DNA of 57,519 nt, from contig JBNGIO010005227.1 of the NCBI GenBank assembly GCA_049999805.1, positions 1-57,519 of the forward strand, in the 5' to 3' direction. This document shows positions 51,827 to 57,519 of this stretch, one piece after another. The notes beneath the pieces were generated by a model, which saw only the letters and a list, made by a program, of their open reading frames with translations, ran no database searches and was not told where the DNA came from. The stretch comes from Folioceros fuciformis. Lineage: Eukaryota. Both the position numbers and the translations under genes were made by a program. Positions within the stretch are counted from its first letter, which is position 1, and each line of letters opens with the position of its first letter.

Positions 51827-52362
51827 TAACCTGGCTGCAGAATTCCCCACACCCCTCCTCCTCGTACATGATCGTTAAGTAAATTTGGTGACCACTGCTA
51901 CGTAGTAACCGTAGACTGGCGGAAATTTGCTCATCGAGCTAGCCTAGGCGGAATATGGAAAGCTGATCATTTCACTAAAAGCCTTCTGTGACCTGCAATG
52001 AGCTTCGTAATTTGATGTCTAATTCGTACACCACGGCATGTTTAGGCGGCCCCGTAGTAGAACAGTCTGTGTCCTTGCCACACATGCGACAGTGGACAAC
52101 GCGTCCAGTTTTGGTCAGCAGACATGGTAGGGATTCTCATCTCACACCGTTCTCCAAACGGTTGGCACTAGTACTGTAAGCCCCAAAAGCAGGCCAGGCC
52201 AGGCCAGGCGGGCAACATGCACACGGGTTCTTTCCATTATCATGAGAGGTGCCAGGAACAGCGTTCGAAATCCATGTCCTGAGTTTGGAGAGGAATATTC
52301 ATGTACCACCACTGTCTCAGCAAGCACATCCACCCCTGGGCAAATCAGCACTAGCATGATCC

Positions 52363-55296
52363 TCACGGTCGACCCTGACAACTGCAACAACCTTCAGTGA
52401 ATCGATGCACACGGTACCCATCCCTCACAACAATGTCTCTCTGTTCAAGCCGTGACATGATCTCCGTGGAACTGTGGCAGTCACTGCACATGCGTAGATT
52501 CTTCGTTACCACAAGAGGTGTCCCACTCGGAGTGTTCAACAGACCAAACGCTAAGGCTAACTTCTCAGCATGCCCACAAAGCACATCTTCCTTTTCCTTC
52601 TCAGAGACTGGCTTCAACACCAATTTTGTCTGAGGTACGTGGCCTCCTTCCTGCTTCACACGGGCATTCGTGCTCACTACCTTAAGAGCAAGATCATCTC
52701 TTTTCTCCCCCACGGCAAATGTATGTACCTGCTTCTTCACCTCAATCGTGGCCACTGCAGGTTTCTTGTTAGCTCCTACTGCCCTTCTCTGTGTTTCAAT
52801 CCTATCTACATCGGTCCACATACCTGCATCTGCGTAGGCATTAGCCATGAGCACATAGGCGGACGCCATTTGAGGGTCCAGCCTAACAATGCTTTCAAAA
52901 CACCATACAGCCCTCTCTATATCCCCGTGATTTTTGCAGGCATTCAACAAAGTCATCAAGCCAACTGCGTTACTCTGGCCCTCACTTGATAATAGCATCT
53001 TCTCTGCCTCATCCAAAAGGCCAGCACGCCCCAGAAGATCGATCATACAGGTGTAATGCTCAATAGTAGGTTTGATGCCATGTTGTTCGGCCATGGAATG
53101 AAAGTGTTTGCGTCCCTCGTTGACCAGTCCCTCATGACTGCATGCTACTAGAAGGCAAGTAAAAGTAGCATCATCAGGCTGAACACCAGCAACTAACATC
53201 TTCTCGAAACAAGCTAGTGCCTTGTGACCTTCATCGCAGGCACCATAGCCAGCAATCAGGGCATTCCATGTCACCGCGTCCTTTGTGGCCATGCTGTCAA
53301 AAACTTGGCAAGCATTTTTCAGATCGCCACATTTGGCATACATGTCCACCAGGCAGTTGCCCACCACAACGTCCTCCAGCAGTCCTCTTTCAACAATCTG
53401 TGAGTGCAGTTGCATACCCTTCTGCAAGGCACCAGAGCTTGCACAGGCCTTTAGAAGGCAAGCAAAAGTAAAATGGTCAGCTAAAATCAGCCCCTCCTGC
53501 TCCATTTGTCCATATACGGCAAGCGCCTCATGTCCAAGCTCTTGCTGTGAATACCCCGCAATCAGGGCATTCCATGTCACCACATTCTTTGAGGTCATGC
53601 TATCAAGGACCTGGCGTGCATCTTTCATTTCACCACATTTGGCATACATGTCCACCAGGCAGGTGCCCACAACCACATCATCCAGCAGTCCTCTATCCAC
53701 AATCTGGGAGTGCAGGTGCCTCCCCTCCTGTAAGGCGCCAGTACTTGCACAGGCCTTCAGAAGGCATGTAAAAGTAACATGGTCAGCCAAAATGAGGCCA
53801 GCCTCCTCCATTTGTCCATACACAACAAGCGCCTCACGTCCAAGCCCTTGCTGGGAATACCCAGCCATCAGCACCGTCCATGTCACCACATCCTTTGTGG
53901 CCATGCCGTCAAAAACCTTGCGCGCATCTTCCAGTTCCCCACATTTGACATACATGTCCACCAGGCAGTTGCCCAACACTACGTTATCCAGCAGTCCTCT
54001 TTCGACAATCTGTGTGTGCAGTTGCATGCCCTTCTGCAAGGCGCCAGTGCTTGCACATGCCTTCAAAAGGCAAGCGAATGTAACATGGTCAGCCAAAACA
54101 AGGCCTGCCTCCTCCATTTGTCCATACACAAGAAGCGCCTCGTGACCAAGTCCTTGCTGTGCATACCCAGCGATCAAGGTGTTCCATGTCACAACATCCT
54201 TTGTGGCCATGCTGTCAAAGACCTGGCGTGCGTCTTCCAGCTTCCCACATTTCGCATACCCAGCAATCATGGCATTCCATGTCACCACATCCTTTCTGGT
54301 CATGCTGTCAAAAACCTGGCGTGCATCTTTCAGCTCGCCACATTTTGCATACATGTCCAACAGGCAGTTGCCAACAAACAAGTTAGTAGGAATTCCACTC
54401 TGCACCACATCACGGTGCACTTTCCTGCCAGAATCCAAGTCGGAAGCAAATGCACAAGCTTGAAGGACAGCTACAAAGACGTGAGCGTCCGCCTTCACTC
54501 CTGACCTACACATGTCATCATACAGTCGTATGGCGTCATTGGGTTTCCCATGCTTTGCATATGCGGAGATTATGGAAGACCACATGAAGGCATCCGGTTT
54601 CCCAACTCTGGTGAGCACATCCATGGCCTCCTCTAACCTCCCTCCGCATGCGTACATGCGCAATATATGGTTCCCCAAGTACGCATTGGACTCGTACCCA
54701 AGTTTGACACTGAGATCATGAACCCGTCGTCCCACAACCAAATCCTTCTTCGCTGTACAAAGTTTCAGCACAGTGCAAACCAGAGACGGAGAAACAGCAG
54801 AGTCCGTGAGAGCCAGAGACTCCAGGGCTTTAACGGCCTCGGACAGCTTCCCCTGCTGACATAACATGCTCACAGTGACGGCAGAAGCGACGCCCATTTC
54901 CACCTGCATATCCAAGAAAACGAGCTTCTCATCAACCCAACCAGGCTTGAACGCACTGTTCAACCACAGCACCTCCCCGGATCCCTTACGCCGGAAGTCA
55001 GGCGAACGGGAGCCCTTCTTGTCTCGTCGGTTATCCCACCACATGGTAGGGTCCAGAAAATATTGTTCCCACAATTGCTCCTGCTCCTGGCGACGACCAT
55101 CGTTGGAAATCTCTTCCCCACCCACAAATTTCCTTGGCTGTGGAAGTGCTGGGCTCCTTGCAGTGCTGCACCTGGAGGCTTTGCTAGCCGGGGCTCGAGT
55201 CCCTAAGACGCTTTTAGCAGGAGCTCCCGGTAGAATGCCTGTACACATTCCAATTCGTGGGGTCGACAACAAATCCGGTTGCCATACTGTGGCCAT
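52363..55296 (-). CDS. PLS-class PPR RNA-editing factor with N-terminal PDF (OSB-type) motif and C-terminal DYW:KP / GRP deaminase-like domain
   Basis: Intronless, ~977 aa from the ATG at 55296. Order: transit peptide; WWDNR..PDF motif; about 19 P/L/S repeats ending P2-L2-S2; E1/E2; KKPAVATIEV, HAEKLALAFGL, CSDCH; terminal CSCQGRP*. Confidence 0.95.
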   Translation of the reverse strand: MATVWQPDLLSTPRIGMCTGILPGAPAKSVLGTRAPASKASRCSTARSPALPQPRKFVGGEEISNDGRRQEQEQLWEQYFLDPTMWWDNRRDKKGSRSPDFRRKGSGEVLWLNSAFKPGWVDEKLVFLDMQVEMGVASAVTVSMLCQQGKLSEAVKALESLALTDSAVSPSLVCTVLKLCTAKKDLVVGRRVHDLSVKLGYESNAYLGNHILRMYACGGRLEEAMDVLTRVGKPDAFMWSSIISAYAKHGKPNDAIRLYDDMCRSGVKADAHVFVAVLQACAFASDLDSGRKVHRDVVQSGIPTNLFVGNCLLDMYAKCGELKDARQVFDSMTRKDVVTWNAMIAGYAKCGKLEDARQVFDSMATKDVVTWNTLIAGYAQQGLGHEALLVYGQMEEAGLVLADHVTFACLLKACASTGALQKGMQLHTQIVERGLLDNVVLGNCLVDMYVKCGELEDARKVFDGMATKDVVTWTVLMAGYSQQGLGREALVVYGQMEEAGLILADHVTFTCLLKACASTGALQEGRHLHSQIVDRGLLDDVVVGTCLVDMYAKCGEMKDARQVLDSMTSKNVVTWNALIAGYSQQELGHEALAVYGQMEQEGLILADHFTFACLLKACASSGALQKGMQLHSQIVERGLLEDVVVGNCLVDMYAKCGDLKNACQVFDSMATKDAVTWNALIAGYGACDEGHKALACFEKMLVAGVQPDDATFTCLLVACSHEGLVNEGRKHFHSMAEQHGIKPTIEHYTCMIDLLGRAGLLDEAEKMLLSSEGQSNAVGLMTLLNACKNHGDIERAVWCFESIVRLDPQMASAYVLMANAYADAGMWTDVDRIETQRRAVGANKKPAVATIEVKKQVHTFAVGEKRDDLALKVVSTNARVKQEGGHVPQTKLVLKPVSEKEKEDVLCGHAEKLALAFGLLNTPSGTPLVVTKNLRMCSDCHSSTEIMSRLEQRDIVVRDGYRVHRFTEGCCSCQGRP

Positions 55297-56109
55297 CGCT
55301 GCTGTCGGAGGAGCATGGAGAGCACAGGACAGGACAGGACACGCCAATCGTCCTCTCCTCGCGCACCGAATTCACTGCACCCAGGCCAGGGTTGATGTAC
55401 AGGACTGAGTGACCCGGATGGTGAATGGGCGTGGAGTGCCTTCACATCTGCTGAACACCATAGCGAACAGTTAACCGCTTCAAAAGACATTCGAGCTTCA
55501 TTTTGTGTTCATCTTTGGGATATTTTGTGTTTGGGTATATTTTTAGTACCCATGGGCATATGCTACTTGGCAAGGACGGAACAAAATGCACACTTCATTC
55601 CAAGAAAGGAAGGGATGCTTTTAAATAATTGAATGTATAAAAATTATATAATGAGATGAAAGAAACTTAAGACAAGGGATGATTAACATAGTAACCTTGA
55701 TTAATTTTGCTTCATTTGAAGAAAGAAAAAATATGGATGAAAAGAAATATTACGGGTACAAGAAGAGTCATTATTATGAACTAAAAGTGGGTTTATACGA
55801 GTTTATACGAGCTCTTACAGTGCTCTTGGAACAAAGAAACCACAAAGTGAACAACACACCACATCTAAGTTCTTTCTAACAGTCATTGGCGCTAGGATTT
55901 GAAATCCTACTTCTCTAGGATGATTTGCTAAGTGATGAATAACAACTAAAAAATCCTAGAGTCAATCCAACAAGATGAACTCCCAACAATGGAGGGGAGC
56001 TTTTCAATCCAATAAGATGGCCATATGTGGATGAGGAAGCTCCACAAAGTTTGGTAGAACTGGAACGTGAAAAGGAGTTGCACCCGAGAAGAAGTTGCTT
56101 TTGGGTTGA

Positions 56110-57519
56110 TCACTTTTCATAGGATTCGTCCAAGGACGAAATATAACTACCAAAACTATCGTGTTCTGAAGCTGACGAGTCGTAAGAATTAAGGTCCGCA
56201 GAGTCTGTCAACGACGAATGAGCTGTAGCAGTGAATCCTGCAACAGCTCCGTTGGCATCCGGGACTCTGTCATTGCAAGCGGCAGCATCAGAGCCTGTGG
56301 GCGCCGCATTCCCAGCTGTAGCGCCAAGCTCCTCGTTTTCTAGATCCTCTTCCTCGTCTGTTTCGGAGTCGTTCTCGGCCCTTTCCCCGTGCCCTACAAC
56401 ATCCACATCCAGACAGTCAGCAGGCTAAAGTAGGCGGAGGTATGCACGAGGGCTTGAAAACATGGTAACCACAGTGCATGGTCCGTATGCCCAGGTCGGG
56501 ATGGATTTTGACCCGTACCCGTGGGTGACGCATTTCTGTTGCAATCTGGGAGCCTGTGATTGTGAGTTACAACAGCAGAGCCTGTGGGTGCAGGATTTTC
56601 AGTCGTAGCACCGAGGTTCCTGGTTCCGCGTTCCCCTTCCGCTTCATCGTCCGTTAGCCCTTCGATGTCGATGTCAGAGTCGGAAGAACTAAAGTAGTCC
56701 GCGAGCTGAGAGGTTTGAAAAGGAAAAGGTATTCTGGACATCGACGACGAGATGGGATTCACAGATTCCATGACGGTATCAGAGGCGATGGTGGCGGATT
56801 CCCGTGGGATTGAAGTCGCCCTAGAGAGTTTCGGCGACTGGACGCGATTTTGGTTCCTACTCGTGGGTCCTCCGACGGTGCCGTTGGAATCTGGGTCTCT
56901 ATGGTGATCATCCTTGTGAGTGGCATCTATATCAGAGCCTGTGGACCTCGGATTTTGAATCGTGCCAGCAAGATCTCTAGTCCCGCGACCCTTGACCTCT
57001 TCGGTATCTGCGTCTTCGAGATCGAGCGCTTCCATATGGATAATATCGGACTCAGTAAAGACCTGAGAGCCTGTTGGCGCCAGATTTTCAATCGCATCAC
57101 CGACTTCTCTGACTCCGGCTCCATCTTCCTCCTCGTCATCTGTACTACGGTCGATATCGATTATCCAGTCGGGAGGGCTAGAGTTGCAGGCTGTCGGACA
57201 ACAACCCGACCAGGCTGGTCGGGTTGTCAACCCGACCAGTCCCGACAACGAGATGGGATTTTGAGCCGTACTCGCGGGTCCTCCAACAGTTTGGTTGCAA
57301 TCTTGGATCCTGCCATTGCAAGTGACAAGTCCATGAGAACCTGTGGGCGCCGGATTAGCAATGGTACCATCGACTTCTGTGATTCCGCGTCCCTCTTCCC
57401 GTACATGTGCCTCTGCCTCTGCCTCTGCCTCTGCCTCTGCCTCTGCCTCTGCCTCTGCCTCTGCCTCTGCCTCTGCCTCTGCCTCTGCCTCTGCCTCTGC
57501 CTCTGCCTCTGCCTCTGCC
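56110..57519 (-). CDS. 3' part of an acidic, low-complexity repeat protein (5' end beyond the window)
   Basis: The frame is open from the window end through (EA)n and four units of the type RGxxxLG/DGxxxNPAPTGS (three of them followed by R.PD.N). A fifth unit lies in a different frame at 56110-56393, after an AG acceptor at 56394. Confidence 0.55.
57408..57519. repeat. (CTCTGC)n hexanucleotide microsatellite, encoding (EA)n on the minus strand
   Basis: Perfect run of about 18 units up to the window end. Confidence 0.95.

Noticed and set aside
53285-54504. Plus-strand ORFs of 286 and 241 aa
   Set aside because: Antisense shadows of the PPR repeats.

Overview
Gene-dense nuclear DNA from a land plant. 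It has short GT-AG introns (~70-150 bp), about 50% GC and four N gaps. A hornwort (Anthoceros-like) source is inferred from the compact layout and a GRP-ending DYW:KP PPR gene. Recognisable genes, in order: ArfGAP (AGD5-like), LRR-XIV receptor-like kinase, glyoxalase II, eIF3L, a plastid membrane protein, ATG5, a GSTCD-like methyltransferase, WDR55, CTR9/VIP6, a conserved unknown plastid protein, an aldo-keto reductase, an unknown membrane protein, CHID1 (GH18-like), COX6a, two tandem Gnk2/DUF26 secreted proteins, an intronless PLS-class PPR gene and the 3' part of an acidic repeat protein. Two features stand out. (1) The PPR protein combines an N-terminal OSB-type PDF ssDNA-binding motif with a C-terminal DYW:KP/GRP domain, the class linked to reverse U-to-C organellar RNA editing. 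(2) A tRNA-Pro-like gene at 20964-21040 has fully compensated stems and intact Pol III A/B boxes but a 12-nt anticodon loop with no Pro anticodon. The intervals 1-5000 and 8900-16000 are gene-poor and hold microsatellites, degenerate tandem duplications and probable transposon relics. Exon boundaries were read by eye and family assignments come from motif recall, not database searches.
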